Notes: a model not told the origin generated them from the letters alone. DNA of 64,000 bases from Candidatus Oxydemutatoraceae bacterium (GCA_965219575.1 OZ244779.1:780769-844768); one strand, 5' to 3'; positions 1 through 13,077 are shown, numbered from the stretch's first letter. Translations and numbers: made by a program.

Positions 1-2
1 CG

Positions 3-1778
3 ATGATTGAATCCGCCACGCCACCTGCCGACATACCGCAAGACTCTCTTGCCGTTAAAATCAAAAACAGTACTGCGATAAAGGCTTTATTGGCTCATAT
101 CTATATAGCGGATAATTCGGAACTTGCAATGCAGCGACGTGATCGGCTTGCCTCCTATGAATCATTGATAACTGCAGAGGGTTTGTGGCTAGGCAGACAT
201 TGGATGCAACTGCACGGAAACTGCGAGCAGAACGGAATGTTGTCTAGACGCCGTGAAATAGAACAACTACAAAGCGAGATAACGGCTGCGGATAAAAAAG
301 TAAGCGATTTACAGACGCAAACATCGTCGTTGCGCGATCGCTTGCGGGCTTGTGAGGAAGCACGCGAGCGGATACGCCTTAAACTTCAAACTTGTATGAA
401 CGATATTTCCGATATTAAATTACAAATACAGCAAACCGAAATCAGGATCAAACAAGAAAACGATTTAATACAGAGTCTGGACAATGAATTGACTCGGCTG
501 GGTGAGCGAGAAATCGATATGCGTAAACAAAGCGAGGTGTTGCAAAAGAATTACGAACGGGCTACGGCTGTGGCATCCGGACACGACACCAGCGGTAGCG
601 CGCTCGAGCAACAGCGCGTAGAAAGCGAAGAAGCGGTTGCAGCAACCAGAAATCGGATCTCCGAACAGCAACGGCAGATGCACGAAATAGACATAGAGCA
701 ACATTCCTTGATTACCGAACTCAAGGGCTTGGACGAAGCGGTGGAGCAAAACCGACAACAACACACCGATTTAATACATCGACGCGAAGCGATGCACGAG
801 GCTACACAAAACTCGCGTGAACCTATTGCCCGAAAGCAAGCGGAAATTCAAGGACTGATCGATAAAAGAGAGGAACTCGGAGCGACGATTTCGGAGTGTA
901 ATAAGACACTAAAAGATGTTCAATCACAAATACACGAATTGGAAGCGCAACATAAATCGTTGCACGAAACTAGAGAAAATATGCAAGCACAACACGAGCA
1001 ACTGCACGGTTCACACCAAACAGCAGTGATGCGTTGCAACGATTTAAGAAAAAAACTATCGAATGTCGACTCGGCACCGGAACAACTCGTCGATACCGAG
1101 GCAGCCGAGGATATAACACAGGTTCGAGCCGAGCTCGAAAAAGTGGAACAGAAAATCAGCCGTATGGGTTCGATCAATCTAATTGCGATAGAGGAATTCG
1201 AGGAATTGAGCGCACGCAAATCGTATTTAGACGATCAAAATCAAGACTTGGTTTCGGCACTCGAGTCCATACAGCAAGCGATCGGTAGGATCGATCGTGA
1301 GAGCAAAGAGAAATTCAAAAACACCTTCGAGCAGATCAACGATAAGCTCGGTGCCCTATTCAAGCGTCTATTCAACGGTGGCTACGCACGCTTAGAACTG
1401 GTCGAGCAAAACTGGCTGGAAAGTGGTGTATCGATCATGGTATACCCGCCGGGTAAAAAATTATCCTCGATACGCTTGTTATCGGGAGGAGAGAAAGCAT
1501 TGTCGGCACTTGCGGTGGTATTCGCTATTTTTGAGTTAAGGCCTGCACCTTTTTGTATATTGGACGAAGTAGATGCGCCGTTGGACGAAAATAATATATT
1601 AAATTTTTGCAAGCTGATAGACGACATGAGTGAGAAAGTACAGTTTATGGTTATCACCCATAGTCGCTTGACTATGGAGAGTGTCAATGCCTTGATCGGT
1701 GTTACGATGGCGGAACCGGGTGTCTCTAGGCTGGTTTCGGTTAATGTCGAAGAGGCGGTGCAAATGACAAGCGGATAA
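3..1778 (+). CDS. smc: Chromosome segregation protein SMC, C-terminal part (5' end outside window)
   Basis: Long coiled coil, then LSGGEK signature and Walker B ILDEVDAPLD; smc-zipA-ligA order. Confidence 0.96.
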   Translation: MIESATPPADIPQDSLAVKIKNSTAIKALLAHIYIADNSELAMQRRDRLASYESLITAEGLWLGRHWMQLHGNCEQNGMLSRRREIEQLQSEITAADKKVSDLQTQTSSLRDRLRACEEARERIRLKLQTCMNDISDIKLQIQQTEIRIKQENDLIQSLDNELTRLGEREIDMRKQSEVLQKNYERATAVASGHDTSGSALEQQRVESEEAVAATRNRISEQQRQMHEIDIEQHSLITELKGLDEAVEQNRQQHTDLIHRREAMHEATQNSREPIARKQAEIQGLIDKREELGATISECNKTLKDVQSQIHELEAQHKSLHETRENMQAQHEQLHGSHQTAVMRCNDLRKKLSNVDSAPEQLVDTEAAEDITQVRAELEKVEQKISRMGSINLIAIEEFEELSARKSYLDDQNQDLVSALESIQQAIGRIDRESKEKFKNTFEQINDKLGALFKRLFNGGYARLELVEQNWLESGVSIMVYPPGKKLSSIRLLSGGEKALSALAVVFAIFELRPAPFCILDEVDAPLDENNILNFCKLIDDMSEKVQFMVITHSRLTMESVNALIGVTMAEPGVSRLVSVNVEEAVQMTSG

Positions 1779-1780
1779 CG

Positions 1781-4494
<2,714 letters not shown>

Positions 4495-4497
4495 ACC

Positions 4498-4881
4498 GCC
4501 GATTGAGCCGGTAGGTCAATCGGCGTGACATTGTGCGAAACCCCAACACATAGTACAAAATGTAAAGCCTTTCCACAGGGTGGTTGCAATGGGGGGCTGT
4601 TGAAAAAGTGCGGACATCGCTCAAACCCAACCGCTGTGCGCCGTGAATATTTACAAACCGCCGTAGGGGCGGACTAGCATGTCCGCCCTAAAGTACCGTT
4701 CTGCACAGCCGTAATCGCTTGCGCCGGATGGTTTTGGTTTACATAAATTAACTGGTGTACGATTTTATTTGTGCAAACGCAGCGCGTTTCGAGAAGGTAT
4801 GTTATCTCCCTACGGTTCATAAAATACTTTTTCAACAGCCCCGTCGTGTCTGCACAAGCTAATTCCCCTCCGAAGGAGGGG
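4498..4881. repeat. Composite intergenic repeat: hairpin D, module E, TIR-bounded MITE-like unit with GTAG-REP, CCCCTCC hairpin
   Basis: GCCGATTGA..TCAATCGGC 4498-4524; TIRs GGGGCTGTTGAAAAAGT 4593-4609 and inverse 4826-4842; GTAGGGGCGGAC..GTCCGCCC 4663-4688; CCCCTCC..GGAGGGG 4865-4881; modules recur elsewhere in the window. Confidence 0.85.
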
Positions 4882-4922
4882 GCAGCAGTAATAAGCACGT
4901 TGGTGTTTATACAATAATTCAT
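4882..4922 (-). pseudogene. N-terminal stub of a DUF4411/PIN-like gene truncated by a repeat
   Basis: ATGA overlap with the ImmA/IrrE gene; MNYCINTNVLITA resembles PIN-like starts (YxxDTNVxI); sequence becomes repeat after about 14 codons. Confidence 0.55.
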
Positions 4923-6073
4923 AGTAGGGTTTCTAATTCCAACGCATCCGACACTTTCTTGATCCCGACCAATTTACAAAATTTATGCAAACCGATTTCT
5001 TGATTTCGATACATCTGCACAACCGTTTTAGAGTAAATAGTGCCGTACTGCTCCAGAGCCTCTTTTACTATATTTCTTGATATCCTTCCCCCTTGTAGCT
5101 TGTTTTTGTAAGCAAGATAATTTTTTCTCAACTGATTTTCAAGTGCATTGTATTGTGGTTGAGTGATAACATCCAGATGTTTCATTCTCACTAAAAAAGC
5201 ATAAGAACTGACCTGGAATTTTTTTGCCGGTTTTTCGATTTGTCTCATTTGTTTTTCTAATGGTTCCTCGTGAGAGAATGTTTCCACTTCGCGTAAAAAA
5301 TCTTCCTCGGGCATCAAAACCGCCCCGGCAAACATATCGCACCATTTTTCTTCGTCTTCCTGTAATTCTATTTTTTTTTGCTCGTCTAGAGCACTTTGTT
5401 TTTTAAGTAAGTGTCCCAACTCGTGAAACAATGTAAATGATTGTGCTTTATATGTATCGGAGTTATTGATGACGATAATCGGTAAGGTGTCATAATATAC
5501 GGACAGCCCTCGAAATTTATCAGGCTCAACTTTTGACCAGCTCGAGTATTTGCTGGTTGTAAAAATGAAGACATTATTATCTTCAAGCATACGCTTCCAT
5601 TCAATAAGTGGGTACGACATATCCGTACATCCTAACCACTTGCGAGTAATCTCTGCGGTAGCTTTGAAGTCACTTTCCATTATTTGCGGTGGCGAGAAAG
5701 GTTGTACGGGTTCTTCCATGTCGTCTCTGAATTCTAATAACAATTCTCTGAACCGTTCCACGTTTGCTATTACAGACCTTATTTCATAACCACTAATAGG
5801 ACTATTCCGGAATTTTCTATAAGATGCAAAATTTTCAAAACGGTATTTAGCAGGTAGTTCTCTCCTCAAAAAAACCCACGCTGGTACATGGTATCGCTTA
5901 GCGAGCTTTTCAATTTGCTTAATGGTGGGATATTTTTCACCTGCTTCAATGCCGGCAAGTGTACGCAATCCAGCTTTTTTCTCGGCTTGTTCTATACTCA
6001 ATCCGATTTGTTCTCGGCATTGACGCAGAATTTGAGGGTTGATATTTTCTATCTGCCGATTAGCCATTGCCAT
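4919..6073 (-). CDS. XRE-family HTH fused to ImmA/IrrE metallopeptidase
   Basis: N-terminal HTH; FTLFHELGH zinc motif; EEKWCDMFAGAVLMP. Confidence 0.9.
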   Translation of the reverse strand: MAMANRQIENINPQILRQCREQIGLSIEQAEKKAGLRTLAGIEAGEKYPTIKQIEKLAKRYHVPAWVFLRRELPAKYRFENFASYRKFRNSPISGYEIRSVIANVERFRELLLEFRDDMEEPVQPFSPPQIMESDFKATAEITRKWLGCTDMSYPLIEWKRMLEDNNVFIFTTSKYSSWSKVEPDKFRGLSVYYDTLPIIVINNSDTYKAQSFTLFHELGHLLKKQSALDEQKKIELQEDEEKWCDMFAGAVLMPEEDFLREVETFSHEEPLEKQMRQIEKPAKKFQVSSYAFLVRMKHLDVITQPQYNALENQLRKNYLAYKNKLQGGRISRNIVKEALEQYGTIYSKTVVQMYRNQEIGLHKFCKLVGIKKVSDALELETLL

Positions 6074-6094
6074 ATTTAAGGTTAGTACACCTAA

Positions 6095-6982
6095 TTAAGG
6101 TTCGTTTACTCGGTTTAGCGAGTCTCCCTCTATCACGCCCTGCATTCGTGCCGCTTTGATCGTATTTTCAATGAGGCTGGCAACCGTCATCGGGCCGGTG
6201 CCACCCGGCATCGGTGTAATCGCTCCGGCAACCTCTTTGACTTCGTCAAAAATGACATCGCCTATGATTTTTCCGTCTACCGAAGTGATACCTACATCAA
6301 AAACGGCAGCCCCCGGTTTGACGGCGGATTTGCCGATCAGTCCGTTGATGCCGGCGGCAGCGACGATAATGTCGGCATTACGGCAAATATCTTCTATAGC
6401 TTCGGTTTTAGAATGGCACAGCGTTACGCTCGCATCGATACCGTGCTTGCATAATAGTAGCATTTGCGGTATGCCGACCAGATACGATCGTCCTATCACA
6501 ACGGCGGTGCGCCCTTCGGTTGTAATGTTGTATTCTTTGATGAATCGCATGACACCCAACGGCGTACAAGGCACCATGCCGACCTCGTCTTTAATCAAGC
6601 GTCCCATGCTTTGTATGGTCAAGCCGTCAACATCCTTTTCCGGTGGAATCATTTCTAACAGACGGTCGGTGTCTAAGTGTTCGGGCAGAGGTAATTGTAG
6701 TAGGATACCGTGTACCTGATCATCGTTGGCAAGATTCAGTAGTGTGTCTTCGACTTGATCGTTGCTTACATCGGCGGATAATTCAACTAAACGAGGTGTC
6801 AACCCCGCTTTTTTAGCGAGCCGCATCTTCAAGTTCACATAAAGGCGACTCGGTGCATAATCACCGATTAGTACGGTAGCTAAAACAATCTCGGGATAGT
6901 TTAATTCGGCTAACTGCTCTGCACAATTTTGAGCGATCTTTTGCGACAGACTTTGTCCATCCATAATAATCGCCTGTTGCAT
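6095..6982 (-). CDS. folD: Bifunctional methylene-THF dehydrogenase / methenyl-THF cyclohydrolase
   Basis: GILLQLPLP, KDVDG, PCTPLG, GRSYLVG, ITPMPGGTGPMT. Confidence 0.96.
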   Translation of the reverse strand: MQQAIIMDGQSLSQKIAQNCAEQLAELNYPEIVLATVLIGDYAPSRLYVNLKMRLAKKAGLTPRLVELSADVSNDQVEDTLLNLANDDQVHGILLQLPLPEHLDTDRLLEMIPPEKDVDGLTIQSMGRLIKDEVGMVPCTPLGVMRFIKEYNITTEGRTAVVIGRSYLVGIPQMLLLCKHGIDASVTLCHSKTEAIEDICRNADIIVAAAGINGLIGKSAVKPGAAVFDVGITSVDGKIIGDVIFDEVKEVAGAITPMPGGTGPMTVASLIENTIKAARMQGVIEGDSLNRVNEP

Positions 6983-7006
6983 GATTGTGATCTCGGTGAA
7001 CTTGCC

Positions 7007-7930
7007 TTAAGTCGGTTGCTTGTCGGGGTGTAGATAGATTAGGCTTTTGCCTAGCTTGCCGCCGTAGTTGCCTGCCGAAATCATGATTAGACCTTCGGTA
7101 TTTTTGGATGCCGATATCGCCGCTTGGGTGGCATCGATGATAGCTTCTATGTTTCGACCGTTCATAATGATTTCCATCACCGAGGCAACTCCTTCGGGCA
7201 ACCCGTATTCTACATCGGGGTTTTGTTGGAGCATCGGACAGAATTTTTCGTAGGTGCTGGCAATCGTAAAATCGTAGCGGCTACCTGCCTTAGAGCCACT
7301 TCCGGCAATACCGCCCGGAAAAGTCGTGACGACCTCGGGCATCGGAGCAATCGCTGCAACACCTTTTTCGGCGGCGTCGAGTGCCGAATCGGTATCTTTG
7401 CCGAAGAACCATAAATTCCCGCCCATCAAACCTTCGCTATAGCCGAGACGGCGATCTAATATAAATTCTCCTCCGAGTATCGGTATCCACCACATCTTCC
7501 GCCCGAAACGTTCTATACGTTTTTGATAACCGTTGCCGAAGTAAGCGACTTTGCGTCCCATCTGATAATAGTCCTCGCTATCCTCCAGCGTATTGAAGCA
7601 AGACGCAGTCGGGCAAGTCAAGACATTTTGGCTGATACGCACCAACGCCGCTCGTTCAAGCCGTGCGACACGATCCTTCCAGAAGCGCGGCACATGTAGT
7701 TGGATAATTGCGCCCGGACGTCCGTCAGGGGTTTGCGCACGCTCGTCGCCGCCCGGGCCTACATAACGATCCATGCCGGCTTCGCAATCGCAGAGTATAG
7801 AACTAGACGCATTACCGGTGCAGGCGTTAATCGCATGGTCTAACCATTTACGATCTCTGGCAGTGATTAAAAACTCTACATAGAGACTCTTAAAGGCTTC
7901 TGCATAAGTATCGTCTATTTTGGCGGTCAT
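7007..7930 (-). CDS. fhcD: Formylmethanofuran:tetrahydromethanopterin formyltransferase family (Ftr/FhcD-like)
   Basis: IDDTYAEAF, CDCEAG, TPDGRPG, QNVLTCPT, GGNL, FPGGIAGSGSK, ISAGNYGGKLG. Confidence 0.9.
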   Translation of the reverse strand: MTAKIDDTYAEAFKSLYVEFLITARDRKWLDHAINACTGNASSSILCDCEAGMDRYVGPGGDERAQTPDGRPGAIIQLHVPRFWKDRVARLERAALVRISQNVLTCPTASCFNTLEDSEDYYQMGRKVAYFGNGYQKRIERFGRKMWWIPILGGEFILDRRLGYSEGLMGGNLWFFGKDTDSALDAAEKGVAAIAPMPEVVTTFPGGIAGSGSKAGSRYDFTIASTYEKFCPMLQQNPDVEYGLPEGVASVMEIIMNGRNIEAIIDATQAAISASKNTEGLIMISAGNYGGKLGKSLIYLHPDKQPT

Positions 7931-8562
7931 TAGTCCCTTCCTCGGCCCTCGTAGATGTCTTTTTCGGTAATGACTTTATCCATGAATATATCGTGCGGTC
8001 CTACCAGTATTTCTTCGAATAACTGTGATTCGTAACAGATAGCTATCAGCGGACAATCTTTGCGTGCCCTTTCCAACAGGCGGTCATAGTATCCTTGACC
8101 GTTGCCCATGCGCCCGCCGTTGCGGTCAAAACCGACACCGGGCACCATAACGATATCAAGTTCTTCGGGTTCTACCTCTTTGTCGGGGTTACCCCATAAT
8201 TCGCGTGGTGGTTCCAAGATGTTCCATTTACCGACGATCAACTCGTCGAAATTGCTCAAATGCCAAAGTCCCAACTTATTGTCGCCTTTCTCGTCCACCG
8301 TGCAGTAGGGGACGATAATTTTCTTGTCTTGTTTATCGATTTCTAGTTGCAGATGTTTTTTAGTGCGCGTCTCGGAACGGCAATCTATATACCACATTAC
8401 GGTTTTCGCATTTTGGTATTCCGGCAAAGCAATGAATTTTTCGCAGATGCTTTCGCTAATTTCATCTTTGTTTTCTTGCGCTGCTCTTGCGTCGTATGCT
8501 TTGCGCCGCATGATGTTTTTTTGTTCCATCAGAGCCTTTAGCTCTTCTTGTGTTAATGGCAT
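7930..8562 (-). CDS. 5-formyltetrahydrofolate cyclo-ligase
   Basis: ILEP, DIVMVPGVGFDRNGGRMGNGQGYYDRLL, HDIFMDKVITE; TAATG overlap with the ftr gene. Confidence 0.93.
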   Translation of the reverse strand: MPLTQEELKALMEQKNIMRRKAYDARAAQENKDEISESICEKFIALPEYQNAKTVMWYIDCRSETRTKKHLQLEIDKQDKKIIVPYCTVDEKGDNKLGLWHLSNFDELIVGKWNILEPPRELWGNPDKEVEPEELDIVMVPGVGFDRNGGRMGNGQGYYDRLLERARKDCPLIAICYESQLFEEILVGPHDIFMDKVITEKDIYEGRGRD

Positions 8563-8653
8563 ATTAAACTCCTTAAAATTGAAGTGGGATTAATCATTTT
8601 CGTTAGTTCACGAATATCGGGTTTTGTTTAAGTAGGCTATTATAAACGATTAG

Positions 8654-9085
8654 TCAATGACAACTAAGCCCTAATTTTTTCAACCGCCAATAGTTATACG
8701 GCCATGGTGTGACAAAGCCTGCCACCAATATAGGCAATATTGCCGCAAGCGTCAGCCTTGCCTCTCCGGTGATAATAAAATCGGTGGTATTCATCGCTAT
8801 CTCCATTGCCAACATGGCAATAAAACTCATCCCCAGTGCCGTCCGCAATGCGGTTACAAACGGGAAGTTTTGTCGTTTAATCAAAATAAAAGTCTCTAAT
8901 AAAATGCTACTAATCAAACCATTGACCATTGCGAGCAACATAATAAACAGTGTAGGCCACCGAATACCGGCAATCTGGAAATATGCAATCGTGCCTAAAT
9001 CACCGGTTGCGCAGCCGATCAAACACCACCAAGTGTTATATGCGCTCTTTTTCCAAATAGGACCGGATGTCCAAAACTCAAGCAT
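8654..9085 (-). CDS. DUF4396-like membrane protein
   Basis: NTWWCLIGCxxGD, GMSFIAMLAME, PYNYWRLKK; several hydrophobic helices. Confidence 0.75.
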   Translation of the reverse strand: MLEFWTSGPIWKKSAYNTWWCLIGCATGDLGTIAYFQIAGIRWPTLFIMLLAMVNGLISSILLETFILIKRQNFPFVTALRTALGMSFIAMLAMEIAMNTTDFIITGEARLTLAAILPILVAGFVTPWPYNYWRLKKLGLSCH

Positions 9086-9229
9086 CGTATCTATCTAATT
9101 ATTAATATGTTTAACCATCAATTTTTGCGAGCCACTTGTAGGAGTGAACCTACACAATCACTGCATTATGTAAAGTATCAAATTGACACACCTGCACTGT
9201 TTCGCACTTATAAGGATAAACCTTAGTTT

Positions 9230-9403
9230 ATCCGACCTGCATATCTACGCAGAGTTTCTGCACAACGTGATACCACTTGCCCAACCGGAGCAAGTGGTGG
9301 TTTTATAGTCTATCCGACCTACATACCCATGCGTAGGGGCGGACTAACATGTCCGCCTTCGCACAATGTCACGCCACTTGCCCCACTAGGGCAAGTGGCG
9401 GTT
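9230..9403. repeat. Two-unit tandem hairpin repeat with a GTAG-REP in the second unit
   Basis: TATCCGACCT..CCACTTGC..GCAAGTGG occurs twice; GTAGGGGCGGACTAACATGTCCGCC near 9333. Confidence 0.75.
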
Positions 9404-11080
9404 CTATTCGGTCACCGCACCTTCGGAAGCGGAAGCTACGAGCCGTGCATATTTAGCCAGTGTGCCTCGTCGTTGCTCGGTTTTGGGGGCTTTCCATTGC
9501 TTTAGTCGCTGTTTGATCCGTGTTTCGGACAAGTTGAGATTTATAGTCTTTGCTACTGCGTCGATGGTAATAGAATCGCCGTTTTTGACGATAGCCAAGG
9601 GACCGCCGGTTGCCGCTTCGGGAGTGATATGTCCGACGACAAAGCCGTGACTGCCTCCGGAAAATCGCCCGTCGGTAATCAACGCAACATGGGACCCTAA
9701 TCCTTGCCCCATAATTGCGGAAGTCGGCGATAGCATTTCTCGCATGCCGGGGCCTCCACGCGGGCCTTCGTAGCGAATTACGATAACATTTCCTTTGTTA
9801 ATTTTTCCCGACAAAATATCTTGCAATGCCTCCTCTTCGGAATTGAATACCCGAGCAGTCCCGGTGAATTGCGTGCCTTCTTTGCCGGTGATTTTGGCGA
9901 CCGCACCCCGAGGTGCTAGGTTGCCTCGCAGAATCACGAGGTGGCTGTCGGCTTTTATCGGATTGTCCCAATCGCGGATAATTTGTTGCTTTTTAGGATA
10001 GTCGGAAGTATCTTCTAGGTCTTGTTCCAAGGTTTTACCGGTAACGCTTAGACAGTCGCCGTGCAGCAATCCTTTTTCGAGCAACCGTTTCATCAACGGG
10101 CGTATGCCACCGATGCGAATCAACTCGGACATGCGGTAGCGACCGCTGGGTCTAAGATCGGCAAGCACCGGCACCTTGCATCCTATTCTCGAAAAATCGT
10201 CGAGTTTTAGTTTTACACCGGCACTATGCGCCATCGCAATCAGATGTAATACTGCATTAGTCGAACCACCCAACGCAGTGACGACTGTGATTGCGTTTTC
10301 AAATGCCTTTTTGGTCATAATATCGCGTGGCAGTATTTGCTTTTTGATTAAATTGATTAACAACTTTCCGGCACCGGTACAATCTTCGGACTTGGCGCGC
10401 GATACCGCATTTTGTGCCGAGCTTCCGGGTCTGCTCATGCCGAGAGCCTCTATCGCCGAAGCCATCGTATTGGCGGTGTACATGCCACCGCAAGAACCCG
10501 GACCGGGAATCGCGCAAGATTCAATCTGCTTGAATTGTTTGGCACTCATTTTGCCTTTTGCTTTACTTCCCACGCTTTCAAATACACTGATGATATCTAG
10601 TTTTTGTTTACCTAAAATGCCCGGTAAAATGGTGCCGCCGTATATGAATATCGCCGGACGATTTAGACGGGCGATTGCCATCATGCAACCCGGCATATTT
10701 TTGTCGCAACCGCCGATAGCGATGAGACCGTCAAAACCCTCGCATCCTACAACCGTCTCTATCGAGTCGGCAATCACTTCACGCGACACCAGAGAATATT
10801 TCATACCCTCGGTGCCCATAGAAATGCCGTCGGAAACGGTAATCGTATTGAATATCAGAGCTTTGCCGCCGGCATCGTCAACCGCGCTCGCCGCCCGTCT
10901 AGCCAGACGATCAATGTGCATATTGCAGGGTGTGACCTCGGCCCATGTCGAAGCAACCCCGACTTGTGGTTTGTTAAAATCTTTGTCTTTGAAACCTACG
11001 GCGCGCAGCATCGAGCGACTGGGGGCACGCGCGTCGCCGTCGACGATTATCGAAGAGTGCGGTCTAATGTTTTTAGCCAT
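9404..11080 (-). CDS. ilvD: Dihydroxy-acid dehydratase
   Basis: [40 protein letters not shown]; ATG at 11080 preferred to the upstream TTG. Confidence 0.97.
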   Translation of the reverse strand: MAKNIRPHSSIIVDGDARAPSRSMLRAVGFKDKDFNKPQVGVASTWAEVTPCNMHIDRLARRAASAVDDAGGKALIFNTITVSDGISMGTEGMKYSLVSREVIADSIETVVGCEGFDGLIAIGGCDKNMPGCMMAIARLNRPAIFIYGGTILPGILGKQKLDIISVFESVGSKAKGKMSAKQFKQIESCAIPGPGSCGGMYTANTMASAIEALGMSRPGSSAQNAVSRAKSEDCTGAGKLLINLIKKQILPRDIMTKKAFENAITVVTALGGSTNAVLHLIAMAHSAGVKLKLDDFSRIGCKVPVLADLRPSGRYRMSELIRIGGIRPLMKRLLEKGLLHGDCLSVTGKTLEQDLEDTSDYPKKQQIIRDWDNPIKADSHLVILRGNLAPRGAVAKITGKEGTQFTGTARVFNSEEEALQDILSGKINKGNVIVIRYEGPRGGPGMREMLSPTSAIMGQGLGSHVALITDGRFSGGSHGFVVGHITPEAATGGPLAIVKNGDSITIDAVAKTINLNLSETRIKQRLKQWKAPKTEQRRGTLAKYARLVASASEGAVTE

Positions 11081-11228
11081 TGCGCTATTGTACAACAATA
11101 CCTCAGGTAGGCGAATGTTATTGAATCTCCGTGTAAGCGCAAAGTAGTAATGTCACCTTTCGCCAAAGTAGAAATGTCACCTTTAGGGGACAATAAAGCA
11201 TTTTTAACCCAGCTTAGGAGAAGATGCA

Positions 11229-12538
11229 ATGAACGAAGGAACTTACTCTATGTCAGACAAAGAAATAGAACGCCACCATGTCCTCAAGCGATGCTTGGAG
11301 GAAAAATTACCGAGAGCCAAGGCCGCACAGATGCTCAACATCAGCGTCCGCCATGTGAAGCGATTATTAAGTGCCTATCGCAAGCAAGATATCAAGGCAC
11401 TGATATCTAAACGACGCGGTAAGCCTTCAAACAATAAAATACCGGAGACAATCAAACAACTAGCCGTTAAGCTCATTCGTGAGAACTATCACGATTTCGG
11501 ACCGACTTTTGCACATGAGCAGTTGTTTGAATGTCATGGGCATTTATTTGACCGCTCATTCAGCGTTGAAACCTTGCGCAAGTGGATGATTGCAGAGGGG
11601 CTACACCAGGGTAAGCGACGCAATGCAATCAAAACGCATCAAAGCCGTCCCAGACAAACTGGCTTCGGCAAACTCATACAGATTGACGGTTCGACCCACG
11701 ATTGGTTTGAAGGGCGAGGCGACCCCTGCACGCTCATTATATTTATTGACGATGCCACCTCACAGATTACCGCATTGCATTTCTGTGCTGCCGAGACCAC
11801 CTTTGATTATATGCGAACACTCAAACAGCATATCCAACGCCATGGCTGCCCGTTGTGCCTGTATTCCGACCGCCATAGCATCTTTAGCAACAATGCCAAA
11901 GAGCAACACATCTTTCAACAACCGACCCAGTTCCAAAGTGCTTTGCAACAAATGGAAATTGAACTATGCCTGGCACGCACACCGCAAGCTAAAGGACGCG
12001 TTGAACGCGCATTCAAAACCCTGCAAGACCGATGGGTCAAACTCATGAGGCTTCACAACATCTGCTCTATTGAGGAAGCTAACCAGTTTGCTCAATGGTA
12101 TCTCCCAAAACACAATCAGCAGTTCGCCACGAAGCCTCTAGACAGCCACGACTATCATCGCAAAATGCCTCTCACCCAGCGAGAATTAGCACTGGCTTTG
12201 TCTAAACAGAGTACTAGAAAGTTATCGAAAAACCTCATCTGTCAGCATCATAATATACAGTATCTTATCAAAACCAAGAAACCCGGTTATGCGATGCGTG
12301 GCGCATCGGTCACCGTGTGCGAGCTACTCAATGGCGAGATTGTCATACTCTACAAAGGGCGGGAGTTGGCGCATGATATCTACTGCGAACACCCCCACTG
12401 TCTCAACCGTACAACGACAAAACAATCAATCTAGCGGTAGATGAGATTGTGGCAAAACACCGTCGCGGTCATAAGCCGAAGCCGACCCACCCGTGGAGAC
12501 GCTACAATAAGGATTATCTCAGTGCCAAGCAGAAGTAA
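11229..12538 (+). pseudogene. IS1202-family DDE transposase, frameshifted near its 3' end
   Basis: DFGPTFA, IQIDGS, IDDATS, YSDRHSIF, PQAKGRVER. ORF stops at 12434; adding one C to the C-run near 12392 restores the KPKPTHPWRR tail with stop at 12538. Confidence 0.8.
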
Positions 12539-12634
12539 TCAGAACCGGTGTTTTCCCAGACTTACGCACAGGCTGTCTAACATGCCTGTGCCACTGCAAA
12601 CGCATCATTCGTCAAACCACGAGATAGCAACCGA

Positions 12635-12901
12635 GCACCACACACGCTCTAAAATGCTTGGGAATTGGAAGGTAGTAGAGTTCATCTCAACTAGAGATCG
12701 TCTCTTAACGGCACGCTATAGAGCTTGTTTTTTAGTCGGCAAGCCTGATTTAGGCAAAAACAAGCACTGGCACCGCATACGCTCTAAAATGCTTGGAAAT
12801 TGGAAGGTAGTAGAGTTCATCTCAACTAGAGATCGTCTCTTAACGGCACGCTATGGGGCTTGTTTTTTAGTCGGCAAGCCTGATTTAGGCAAAAACAAGC
12901 A
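12635..12901 (+). repeat. Tandem duplication (135-bp period) inside the IS non-coding end
   Basis: ACGCTCTAAAATGCTTGG...CAAAAACAAGCA starts at 12644 and 12779; few mismatches; each copy has a GCTTGTTTTT..AAAAACAAGC stem. Confidence 0.92.
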
Positions 12902-13077
12902 GTATTAGCCAATTTATCACCTAGTCGAATAATCAACTAACGGACATAAAGTAATCTTAGATATCTAGTTTCCTGAAGGTTTTATCGGCATCAAGGGTGA
13001 CATTTCTACTTTGGTCAAGGGGGTGACATTTCTACTTTGGGTTGACATGTTATTGAATCTCCGATTGAGCCGGTAGG

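Larger units (their letters stand above)
11132..13047 (+). mobile_element. IS1202-family insertion sequence (formerly ISNCY) with a 16-bp target duplication
   Basis: Ends TGT...ACA, each with two CAAAGTAG(A/T)AATGTCACC sub-repeats; TGTTATTGAATCTCCG at 11116-11131 and 13048-13063. Confidence 0.92.

Noticed and set aside
10176-11147. 323-aa ORF and other antisense ORFs over core genes
   Set aside because: Shadows of well-supported genes such as ilvD, with no recognisable motifs
12441-12908. 155-aa ORF as an IS passenger gene
   Set aside because: Overlaps the true transposase tail in another frame and simply translates the 135-bp duplication
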